A stretch of DNA of 63,858 nucleotides, filler included, from Collodictyon triciliatum (lineage: Eukaryota): assembly GCA_043381765.1 (NCBI GenBank). It is 5 parts of 5 records of this genome, joined end to end, with 100 filler letters (N's around TTAATTAATTAA, not from the genome) between each part and the next. Parts side by side here need not be neighbours in the genome. Positions count along the whole stretch, not along the records: positions 14,752 to 29,396 come from JBHJMP010001790.1; positions 29,497 to 44,134 come from JBHJMP010001791.1; 3 more parts are not named here. One strand, given 5' to 3'. The translations under genes and the position numbers were made by a program. Below, in pieces: positions 26,687-41,500 of the stretch; position 1 is the first letter of the stretch; the number at the start of each line of letters is the position of its first letter. The notes below the pieces were generated by a model that had not been told where the DNA came from, did not search any database, and worked only from the letters and a program-made list of their open reading frames with translations.

Positions 26687-27910
26687 CTACGCGGTGCACG
26701 CATGTGGCGCCCATGACATCCAGTGGAGGTAGAATGCTGCAGCACATGTTTGAAGGAACAGCGCGACGAAAAGTGCCACAGAAAATGATGCCACAGAGAG
26801 GAAGAGCAACGGGAGGACGAAAGAAGAGATAAGTGCCACTCGCGAATAGAAAGCGTGGATTCGCATGAAACACCGGGCATGTACACGGGGGTAGACAAGA
26901 GACAAGTAAGCATGGATGCTACTGCAGGTCCCACCCAAGGAGAATCCCAAAGGTATCAACCCCAAGAGCAGCAGAAGGTCATCCCCTGGGTTTATCAGGT
27001 GTGCAGTCGCCACAGATAGTTGAAAGACAAGAGTGCCAAGCAGAAACGCGGTCGTGGCGAAACGCCTATCTGCCGACCCACTCACAATCATCCCTTGATA
27101 AGCCCTGGCCCCAGCAAGCCGACAGCCAGTGCCAATACTCGCAAGTAAGCCAACTGTTGCTCCATTAATACCCTCGCTGCACAATCTGGCCACCATAATC
27201 GCCTGCCGACTCTCGACAAAACTGGTCATCAAAAAGAACCCCAGAAAAACTAGTACAACAAATTGGCGGTCTCCGGTTCCCCTTTGCTCTTCCACTACGC
27301 TCTCTGAATCAGATGGTCTGGTATCCAAGCCCCAGTAGCCTCGCACAAGTCCAATAGTATCCTTGATACCGAATCCTGATTCATAGCCAAATTCTAGCCA
27401 TGTTTCGGAAGGCACCTCTCGTGATATGCTGTCATCTCCCTCGTCACTTTGTTTCATCGTGTCAAATTGACTTCCACTCACTTCATCACTGAGCCAAACA
27501 AATAAATCATCATAAGCTCCATGAATAAAATAGAGTTGAACAAGACCCAGCAAAAGACCAACCAATAGAACACCAGTAAGGAAAATACTATCTCCAGCAA
27601 GAGACGACAGGCCTAAGGACAGTGGAATCACCACAGGTGTCCAATCATCGAGAGAGCCTTGTAATTCCATAAGCCCTATTTGCTCTGCTACCGGGAGTTG
27701 GTCTTCTAGGGTGCGGACACTTTTTAGTTGTAATAGCCCCCAGCCGTGCCCTAGACATCGGATGATGGCGATGCATACTGTCAGAACCAACTTCAGGCTA
27801 TGAGAGTCTGTCTTTAACAACTCCCAAATAAGAAGAACCCCTATAGAATTACATATGCTCGTAACCAGGATACCGATGGCGATAGCTGAGTTGGATATCA
27901 AATGGAGCAA
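26687..27910 (-). CDS. Multi-pass membrane protein, MFS-like (5' part lost in gap)
   Basis: A 407-aa open frame with two clusters of hydrophobic helices separated by an acidic loop; runs up to an N gap. Confidence 0.55.
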   Translation of the reverse strand: MLHLISNSAIAIGILVTSICNSIGVLLIWELLKTDSHSLKLVLTVCIAIIRCLGHGWGLLQLKSVRTLEDQLPVAEQIGLMELQGSLDDWTPVVIPLSLGLSSLAGDSIFLTGVLLVGLLLGLVQLYFIHGAYDDLFVWLSDEVSGSQFDTMKQSDEGDDSISREVPSETWLEFGYESGFGIKDTIGLVRGYWGLDTRPSDSESVVEEQRGTGDRQFVVLVFLGFFLMTSFVESRQAIMVARLCSEGINGATVGLLASIGTGCRLAGARAYQGMIVSGSADRRFATTAFLLGTLVFQLSVATAHLINPGDDLLLLLGLIPLGFSLGGTCSSIHAYLSLVYPRVHARCFMRIHAFYSRVALISSFVLPLLFLSVASFSVALFVALFLQTCAAAFYLHWMSWAPHACTA

Positions 27911-28699
27911 TTAGTTTTTCTTTGGAATAAGNNNNNNNNNNNNNNNNNNNNNNNNNNNNNNNNNNNNNNNNNNNNNNNNNNNNNNNNNNNNNNNNNNNNN
28001 NNNNNNNNNNNNNNNNNNNNNNNNNNNNNNNNNNNNNNNNNNNNNNNNNNNNNNNNNNNNNNNNNNNNNNNNNNNNNNNNNNNNNNNNNNNNNNNNNNNN
28101 NNNNNNNNNNNNNNNNNNNNNNNNNNNNNNNNNNNNNNNNNNNNNNNNNNNNNNNNNNNNNNNNNNNNNNNNNNNNNNNNNNNNNNNNNNNNNNNNNNNN
28201 NNNNNNNNNNNNNNNNNNNNNNNNNNNNNNNNNNNNNNNNNNNNNNNNNNNNNNNNNNNNNNNNNNNNNNNNNNNNNNNNNNNNNNNNNNNNNNNNNNNN
28301 NNNNNNNNNNNNNNNNNNNNNNNNNNNNNNNNNNNNNNNNNNNNNNNNNNNNNNNNNNNNNNNNNNNNNNNNNNNNNNNNNNNNNNNNNNNNNNNNNNNN
28401 NNNNNNNNNNNNNNNNNNNNNNNNNNNNNNNNNNNNNNNNNNNNNNNNNNNNNNNNNNNNNNNNNNNNNNNNNNNNNNNNNNNNNNNNNNNNNNNNNNNN
28501 NNNNNNNNNNNNNNNNNNNNNNNNNNNNNNNNNNNNNNNNNNNNNNNNNNNNNNNNNNNNNNNNNNNNNNNNNNNNNNNNNNNNNNNNNNNNATTATGAA
28601 ATGCCAAGTGTCATCAAAGTGGTATTATTATTTTTTTTGTGAAAAAAAGGAGAGATAGCATACATATGTCACCAATCAGTATTGAATGAAACAATAAAG

Positions 28700-29163
28700 A
28701 GGATGCTTTTCTCTGCAAGTAACTCACATGGGCGGAATCGAACAAAGCGCTCTTGTTCTGGCTCTTCTCTCGTCGATTCATCGTGGTTATCATGCGTTTT
28801 ATCATACGAAGCATGACCTAAAGGACTTTCTCCGTGCTTCAGACTGCTTTTGACCGCTCGGTTTGAAGAGCCTCCTGATGATAGGGTGTTTGTGGACTCT
28901 TTTTGCTGACCGCGCGTTGGGGTGACGTTTTCTGGTGCTGGCTTTGATGCCGAGTGAAAAGTCGCAGCGTTATGCTCCTTTCGACGGGGATCAAAGTCTT
29001 GATCAAAAGACTGGGTGTTTGGTCTGTTCGAGGGCAACTTTCTCAAGACCTTGCCGCCGGCGCCAAAGCTGGGGTCATCGTCGTCGTCAAGGACAACCTC
29101 TTCGAAAGCGATTTGATGGCCGGGGGTATGCAAACGAAGAAAGTCTGAAGCCTCAGAGAGCAT
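28700..29163 (-). CDS. Hypothetical exon, low complexity (possibly the N-terminus of the membrane protein across the gap)
   Basis: Open frame with protein-like composition ending near a GTGAGT donor. Confidence 0.4.
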
Positions 29164-29396
29164 CGCTTCTGAATAGTTTTGTTAGGATCAGTCTATTTTT
29201 TTTACTTCCAACGACAGAAAAGACACAAAACAAAAAACTTAAACGAAAACAAAGACAAAGACAAATACAAATACAAAAACAAAAACAAAAACAAAAAACA
29301 AAGACACAAAACAAAAAACAAAAACAAAAACAAAAACAAAAACAAAAACAAAAACAAAAACAAAAACAAAAACAAAAAAAAAAAAACAAAAACAAA

Positions 29397-29496
29397 NNNN
29401 NNNNNNNNNNNNNNNNNNNNNNNNNNNNNNNNNNNNNNNNTTAATTAATTAANNNNNNNNNNNNNNNNNNNNNNNNNNNNNNNNNNNNNNNNNNNN
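29397..29496. other. Artificial contig-join linker
   Basis: N-TTAATTAATTAA-N, 100 nt. Confidence 0.97.
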
Positions 29497-29593
29497 TATT
29501 TGATTATTTGATTATTTGATTATTTGATTATTTGATTATTTGATTATTTGATTATTTGATTATTTGATTATTTGATTATTTGATTATTTGATT
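29497..29593. repeat. (TATTTGAT)n
   Basis: Direct reading. Confidence 0.95.
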
Positions 29594-29636
29594 ATATGGC
29601 GGTTTGATGATTTGGTGGTTTTTTATCTTCGATTAG

Positions 29637-33410
<3,774 letters not shown>

Positions 33411-33512
33411 ATAATTGTTTTTGAAACTTTTTTTTTTTTTATTCACGACAGACTTATTGTTTTTGAAACTTGCCTATTTAGCTTTAAGAAATAATTTACA
33501 TGTGAATGCAAT

Positions 33513-33555
33513 TTTTTTACTATTTTTTTATTCTTCCTCTCAACTTTGTGCAGGA
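33513..33555 (-). mobile_element. Short poly(A) retroposed insertion, family B, with TSD
   Basis: T-run + ATTCTTCCTCTCAACTTTGTGCAGGA between direct repeats TGTGAATGCAAT (33501-33512 and 33561-33572). Confidence 0.8.
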
Positions 33556-33624
33556 TTATTTGTGAATGCAATATATTATAGTGTGGAGAAAAAAATTACC
33601 GGTTCTTTTAAATTTGAATTGTCA

Positions 33625-35060
33625 CTAAAGCAGATTTATTTTTCCCCATCCTTTTGTTCCTCCAAATCGTCTATTAACTAGATTGTGAAGAAATTCCCCG
33701 CTGTGATTGCCAATCAGACACAATTGATTTCCTGGTTGGATGGAGCATCCAAATTCATCACCAGCGAGCCCGACGAACACAGCGCCTTCCATGTTGACGC
33801 TCCGTGGGTGTGAGTAAATCCGATCGAATCCATCTCTGCTCATGTGTCCCACTCGCCCGAATGCGTAGCAACAAGACAACCACGAGGAGTTGACTAGGGA
33901 GTTTTTTGCAGTAGCAAACTCCTTGGCCTCGTAAAACCTCAGTCGTTCGAATCTGGAGTCACTCTTTCGATGGCTGGGAATTAAACTTGAATATTTCTGC
34001 CTGAGAATTATACAATAATTGCAATACTGAGAATACGAGTAAATATTGTTACGATGCAGGATTGTACAAGATATGGTTGTCTCCGATGTCCACCAAGTCC
34101 GCTTTCCCCAAGCACCATCCGCACACTACTTCAAAGAAACCATTCGCCAAGTTCGCTCGAATCTTGTGGAGCACGTTGTGCGGGATTCCTTGTGCGACGA
34201 ATAAATCAAAGAGCTTCACGCTTCATTCGCTTCTTCGATCTGATTCATCATAAAGGTATTTTCCTTCCTTCCTTTTTTTTTTTTATCAATTTCTTTTCTT
34301 ATCTTTTTCTGTATCTTCTTCTCTTGGATAAGAATCGCGAGACACAACCACGAAGGGAATGAACCATGAAACAAAGAAGAAAAAAATGTATTTTACGTAT
34401 AAAGCGAACATTTGTGATGGATTTATGATATGGAGTAGCAGATGTGCGCAATTGTTATATTATATCTCAGAGATTGGTTCCGTTCTTGCATCAGCTCCGA
34501 TGGAGAGAATGAAGAGATTGGTTTGCCCAATAATATCACGCACCAGCATCAGAAAAATGAAGAAAAATAGAAATAGATAACAATAACTAAAAAGAAAAAA
34601 GAAAAAAGTACTGTACATATCATGCGGTGTAAAATTAACCAGAATAATGTTACGGGGAGTGGAAGCGGGAGTTGGAGTTGGTTCCCAACGAGGCAAAACA
34701 CACAACAAGCAGCCGGCCGTCAAACCTGTCGCGGGGTGGTTTGCGTGTCTGTGCTCCTGTTCCGATCAGCCGGCGACTGCGATTGATGCGGCTGCAGAAT
34801 GTTTTCGGCAATCGGATTCTCTGGATTTTCAGGCGCGACGGGAGATTCGGTGCGGATGCGGTGAATCCGATTGGCTGGCGAAGACTCGTCCGCAATGCTG
34901 GTGTCAGCTGAGATGCTGCCGCTTAGGTTGTGGGTCCGGTTTGTCTCTGGTTGTGCCACTGTTGCGTTTGGGTGTGCCAGAGTCGGAGTCACAGGCGCTG
35001 ATTGGGTGCTGCGTGCACAGATGGGTGGTTTAGAAGGGTGTCTTAGCGTGGGTGTTGGAT
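33625..35060 (-). CDS. Hypothetical multi-exon protein
   Basis: In-frame exons at about 34068-34190 and 33625-34000, plus an upstream Pro/Ser-rich frame. No family recognised. Confidence 0.4.
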
Positions 35061-35496
35061 GGTGATTGGTGATTGGCGGCGATGCGGGGAAGGCAAAAGG
35101 AAAAAAAAAAAGGCTCGCTGGTGGAAGGATTGTGGTTAAAGATTATGCCTTAAGGAAATGGATGGATGGATGGATGGATGGATGGATGGATGGATGGATG
35201 TTGTTGTTGTTGTTGATGATGATATTAAATACTGGGCATTAATAATAATAAAAAAAATATATAAATTGTTTTGATTATTTAGCGTGTGTTATTACGTGGG
35301 TGTTGACGATGCAGTTCCTGTTGGTGTTTTAGATTTGCTTTGATTGATGGTAGCCTCAAAGGTAATCATTTTTTTCTGTAGTTATGAAAACTGGGATTAG
35401 AAAAGGATGACACGATAGCTTCATGAGTTTGTTGGTTTGAGTGAAAAGAAGCTGTATTTTTATCTTCCTCAAGACTGTCCTTCGATCAAATCTAGA

Positions 35497-38230
35497 CTAT
35501 GGCTTCACAAAAACCTTCATTCTCTCAAACGAATCCCCAACTCGGAGAGGTGACGGGAGAGGCTTTTCAAACATCGCTTTTTTGTCGGGGGAGTCGTCAT
35601 AGTTCCGGCCCTCAGAGTCTGGGTCGAGAAGCTCAAGCTACGTTTGCGATTGAATGCGAGGAGAATTGTTAGCAGATTAATTGGCAAAGGATGAATTTCA
35701 TACATATATTCATGTTTATAGTTGGGTCTTTTTTTTTTTTTTGGAAAAAATTAAGAAAAAACTGCATTTCTTTCGTGACCAAAACTGATCAAAATGAGAG
35801 TATATGAAGGGATATTTGACAAACGCGCAGATAGCTCACCTGAAACCCATCTGTCATGCAGTGAATGCAGGGTGTACTAGGCAATAGGGCAGGCAAAGAA
35901 CTTTTTCCTTCTTCAATCAATCCTTTACCTTGGTTGATGCGATGGAGACAATTTTTTTGTTTTAGATATTCAGATTTTGTACCAAAATATGAAAATATTC
36001 TAGGAAAAGGTATAGTCGGAAAAAGGGGCGGTGCTGGTGATGCAAACAGAAAATATAGTAAACACATACCCTTGATAAAAGCCATAATACATTCTGTGCA
36101 AACTTGGTTACTGCAGCAGCTCGTCTTGTATATCGCTATACATTTAATATACAAGTTAAAAATCTTGATGAAAAGTGAGATTGTGTTGATTTTGAATTTT
36201 TCAGTTTATAGTAGTGTATTATCGTGCGTCTTAATCGGTGATATTATTATTATTTATAATAATATCATTATCATCAGAATCATAGCTATCAGCATTAACA
36301 TTATCATTTGGTGTATTTTCACTGTTTTGATCGCACTCTGATATACAATAGAAATGAAGGATATTGTTTGCTCACTTTTGAAATAAAGCATGCATATTGG
36401 ACAAAAGAACTTGAATTCTGGTCCTTCGTTCTCCGAGCACTTCTTAGAGTCGCATGATGGAAGAACTTTTTCAGTAGAATCGGGTGGTTGGACCGAGTTT
36501 TTTACATTGTCTGCCTCCGCAATAGGGTCCAGGTGAATACTTACTGTATTCCTATAGTTTATGCAAAAATAAGGGATTATTTTAAACGATGGATTTATTT
36601 CTCTCAGTAAAACACAACTTTTTGAATTCAATGCAATTCAAACACGCTGTAGCGATTTTTTAGAATATCATACAAACCTGCTGGCGTAGAAATGTCTTCC
36701 TCCAACAAGAAATAATAAGAGTATAGGCACGAAGGCGAAGTATAGATGAATTATGTAAAAGACAACAGAAGAAAGTGCTGTGGAGTCGCCTGTTTCAAAG
36801 AGGACACCAAAAATCACAGAAATGATAATCCCAGTCACACAAAATATCAGCGGTTTCCTAGCCTGAATGTAGATACAGAATGTCACAATATTGAACTTAA
36901 CGGTGATTATTTCTTTTTTTTTTCCTTTATTCGATTCAAAGTAACGGTGATTATTTCTTAATTTTCATCAATAAAGCATCAGAAATGTTTTGTTTTTTGA
37001 AAAGAAAAGAGAGTATGAAAAATACTGAGTATCATGAATGCTGTATGCGTGTGTTCTAAAAGCACATGTAAAACTTACCTTGTTTATGAATGACATGCAT
37101 AATACATACAGCCATATAGACACCACTATGGAGCCGATGGAACATTTTTTCAAAGATTCCCGACTGGATTTGTAAAGAATCATATTTATTTCTTGAAAAA
37201 GCTCAAATGAGCGAATTTCGGATGCGGTCAGCGATACTAGAAGATGTTCTCGCATGTACTTTCGCTTCGAGTAAAATGATTATGTCAAGCAGATGAGAGA
37301 GGGAGGGGGGACGAACTTTGGTGAATACGCGAGTGAGTGAACTGTTGAATGAGGCATTATATATTTGGTATGTAAATCAGAGATAACAATTCGATACTAA
37401 ATTATTCATTTGTGAGACTCACCAACTGGGTTTCATTTTCTGGCGGCTGTGTTGCAATATTATCATTTTTACGAAGGTGGATACGCATTTTGTTGAATAT
37501 TGGATCGCATGGGACAGAGGGGATTGAATAACCATTCGCTCGAATATATTCTTGATTGTATGCAAATACAAGTGTGTACTTTCCTGATGGTATTTGGCCA
37601 TTTGCAAACGAGGGGCAATCGCTCTGTTTATCAGATGTCGGGAAGAGAACTTGGACTTTTGATTCTGCTTCTGATTGCGGTGCTTTGAAAGGTACAATCA
37701 CAAAGACATCGATGCTTTAATTAATTGCTTTTCAAAAAAAAAAAATACAATAAAATGCTCACATAAAATAGCAATCAAATTGTAGAAATAAACAAAACAA
37801 AAATTAAAAGCAACAAGCCATATATTTGCGAATATGAACTGATAACTTGGAACATATATATTTTTAAAAGCAATGAGAGCCTTCGGTCAAATAAAAGTCG
37901 CTTACAAAGGAATATTGTTTGTGTGAAAACATGTGTGTGATTCTCGTAATCAAAGAGTGCGACCACGATGGGATGCAAATGAGAAGCAGACTTCAAGCGC
38001 ACTGAAACGAGATGGTGACTTCGATCAAAGGTTACGTTGAACATGGTAACTGCTTCAAGTGTGGAGGGCTGTTTGCGGGATCGGTTGGACGACAACGCGA
38101 GGCTGAGATCGAAGCCGTGGCCGAAGATTCCGCCGATAATCAGGCTGACTTGAGCCACACAGGAAAGCAAAACAGTCGCCACAAGGAAAGCGGTTTTGAG
38201 AGTCGCTTTTGATCTGGGCTTTTGCTCCAT
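35497..38230 (-). CDS. Membrane protein with C-terminal RING-like zinc finger
   Basis: Spliced exons give an N-terminal TM, three further TMs, then FFCPICMLYFK-TIYKTSCCSNQVCTEC...PCIHC. Confidence 0.65.
36916..36941 (-). mobile_element. 26-nt micro-retroposon, family A, intronic, 18-bp TSD
   Basis: T8-CCTTTATTCGATTCAAAG flanked by perfect TAACGGTGATTATTTCTT at 36898-36915 and 36942-36959. Confidence 0.9.
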
Positions 38231-38549
38231 GGGGTTGTCGTCGGATTTGCGAGCGTGTCTTGGCTTTGGTTTTGGCTTGATTGTCTGTCTCTGTGATGGG
38301 CTTAGTCCTTTCCATCAGTTGCTTCTTACTTTTTTGTAAGAGTTTGCTTGTTGATTCTGTTTGGTTTTCTCTTTGCTCTTACTTTTTAATTTATGTTTTT
38401 GTTTTTATTTTTATTTTTAATTTCTGTTTTTTGTTTTTATTTTTGTTTTTATTTTTGGAACATGAGAAAAAAAAAACGAAAAGCAGTATCTGACTCCTGT
38501 ATCGATTTATTGCGAGTAGTTATGCGATGAGCAGAATGCTTATTTCTCG

Positions 38550-41500
38550 TCATAGAATGTATATGGTATCTTGAATGCCATCTGCAACAGGCTCATCGCG
38601 CTCCATCCAATCTACTTTGCTCAAGAACATCTCCAGTATGTCATAAGACTCATATACGGCATATGCCTTGATTGTTTCTGTGTCGGGTTTTGTTATCTCG
38701 GAGATAAATACCATGTCCGTTGTATTGGACATTCTCAGGATTGTTGCCAGCGCTTCGGTAACCTACCATTCCATTTTTTCTTCAGTATTCAATATGAGTA
38801 TGTAAATATTCGTAAATCATGATTTTTCCTTACAATGACGCAGTTTTTCTTCTCCAAATACGACATCGCTGATGTATTTTGAACTGTATTTTGCAAATAT
38901 ATATAAATTATATATTTAACACGACTGTATCTCATTTAAATAAATCCACACCTGGTGAGCCGAAGCAACCGAACGAAAAAATTTCTCTTCCTATTGTCAA
39001 AGCATTTTTTAAATATTAATATACAAGAAGTATTAAAAGATAGGAAATTACCGACAACTCCGAATGATATATTTCCTTTGTCAATGTATATTGTTGTTTC
39101 TGCATCGCATATTGTTTTCTCCTGCAAGAACAACTGTACCATTCTTTGGAGCTGCGGTTTTGGAATAATGAAAAAAAGTAAATAATAGTATAGATATTGT
39201 ATTCGAATCGCTAAGGGCATAATTCTTACGTGAATATAAGCTTGTATGACACTGCCTATATCTTCGTGGTTATTTGATTTAATTTTCGCTCGTTTGTGTA
39301 CTTGCACCATCTGAAAAAAATTGTTTAATATTGATACTTGGAATTATTTGCTGATGACTACAAAAAGAAAAAAAAGGAAACGTGCCAAAATTGTTTCGGC
39401 CGATGCACAGAGAACTTCTGTTTCTAATGGACTGCATTCCCTTTCGACTCTCTTAAGTATATCTTTGCAATTATAAGATGCTTTTAAAAAAAGGCTTAAG
39501 TATTGATTTGTTCGATGCAAGCTAATTACTTTTTTTTTTTTTTTTACATAATTAAAGTAAACCTGATATGGTACAGAACATATTGCTACTTTGCTGGGCA
39601 TCAGGGTTACTCCTTTGCCTCATTTCTATTCTGATGAAGAGGGCATCCTCCATATAATTGAAGAAACATATCTCTTCCTTCATGCTTTCGTGGGACTCTG
39701 TTGGGAGTGTAGATTTCAGAAGGATTTCCATCCTCTCTTTTTCTTCAGCCATCTCACTCAGAACCTGTGAAATTTTCAGAGCAATATCAACAGCTATTTT
39801 TCTTGATAATACAAAAAATTTATATGGTCATTCCTATTCAAAGTGATTTATTAGCAAACCTTTTGCAATATTTTTCGGCTCAAGTATTGTTTTCGATAAT
39901 AGTAGTCTCGGAAGCTCATCATCACCAAACAAATGCTCAAAGGAACAAATATTACAGTAAAATCCCACATAAAAATGAATATTCCGAACAATCTAATAAA
40001 ATGGAGTTTTTATTCACATCAAAGTAATTTAAAATTAATATTCATATGTAAATAAAATAATAATTGATGAGTCGATCTGTTCCTCACCCAATATTTTGAG
40101 AGTACTTTATTATCAGAAAGCTAAGACAACATGCCCAAAGCCCAATCTGAATTGCGGCATAAAACGGAACAACCCAAACAACAGATACGAATAAAATACC
40201 GATTTCCATAATTTCGATGAAAATGTATGTATTTTGTTCTATTGTATGCGTTTCAACGTATTCTTTCTCCGAAAAAACAATTTGGGTTTTCACCAAAACA
40301 TATGCGGCATAAAGAGAACCAATTATATAGGGTATGTTTCTAAAAGACATGTCGCTGTTGTATTGGATATATTCTCTGTGAAAATACAGTGACAGGCATC
40401 CGAAAATCATAATTGGCAAAAGACAGTAGTATCGAAAGTAAATGAAGCTGATATCCATGAGCTCATGTTGAACTGATATCGAAGATAGCAAGCTCAGGTC
40501 TACACCACCATATAATAAGGCCCCAAAAGTGACTGCAGATAGTAGAACCCTGGATTATTAATACTATTAATCTTTTCATACTTCATAACATATAAAAATA
40601 GTATTCGATTCGTACAAAACAGCATCTATTTTCCCCCTTGAACATAGCCTTTCTTGGTACTCTTTTTCGTCCTTTTCACTTTTGAATCTAAAATCTCCCA
40701 CGAAAGCCCTTAGCCCTCTTTCCTTCCAAGTTTTGATAAAAGGGTCTGCTTCTTCAGTCTGAGACTATTTTTTATATTCGAAGAATGCCATTAATTTTTG
40801 AAATATTTTTTTCCTTTATTCGATTCAAAGAATTTTTGAAATATTTATTTACATAATTTAAGTTAGTTTTAAGGTAGATTTTGGGTTAGTTTGATTAAAA
40901 CCTCTAATTCATCGATGGAATCACTGGTATCATTCACTTTTGTTGCTTTGTACCCCACTTCATTATGAGTATATATTCCACTCATTTCGGCGTTACTTGG
41001 TGTAAAGATGATATATTTCGATGTATCTGTACACTTTGTTTTCCATCTGAATAAAATGAGTTCTTCCTAGAAAAGAATTTCAGTAAAAAGGTTTGAACAA
41101 AGATATTATAATAGTTTTTTGACCTTTCTATTGTATATCCGTAGGTAAGCCTCTTTTGCGTTGTCACTGATACAAATTTCCCAATATGATGCATTATCTA
41201 AACACTCTCTTGTCTCTGATATACCTATTAAAAAATTGGATATTTATAAAGGATTTTCGAAAAAAAATAATTACGAACCTTCTCCGAGTATGCTGAACGA
41301 CATTTGAGAGTAGTGAATCATTGAACCCTTCACACGTCCATAACCGATACCGATTCTCACTGATGTCTGTTTAAAATTCCATCAATAAATTAATTAAAAT
41401 TTGTGTTATATTCCTTGAATCGAATAATGGAAAAATGTTTGGGTAATTTTAAAAATAAATCCAAACATGTATTGAAGACATTTTCTGAGTCCCTCGAACG

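Noticed and set aside
36924-36941. tRNA T-arm / Pol III B-box reading of TTCGATTC
   Set aside because: It lacks the conserved G53, has no A-box or cloverleaf, and is better explained as the reverse strand of a retroelement 3' end.
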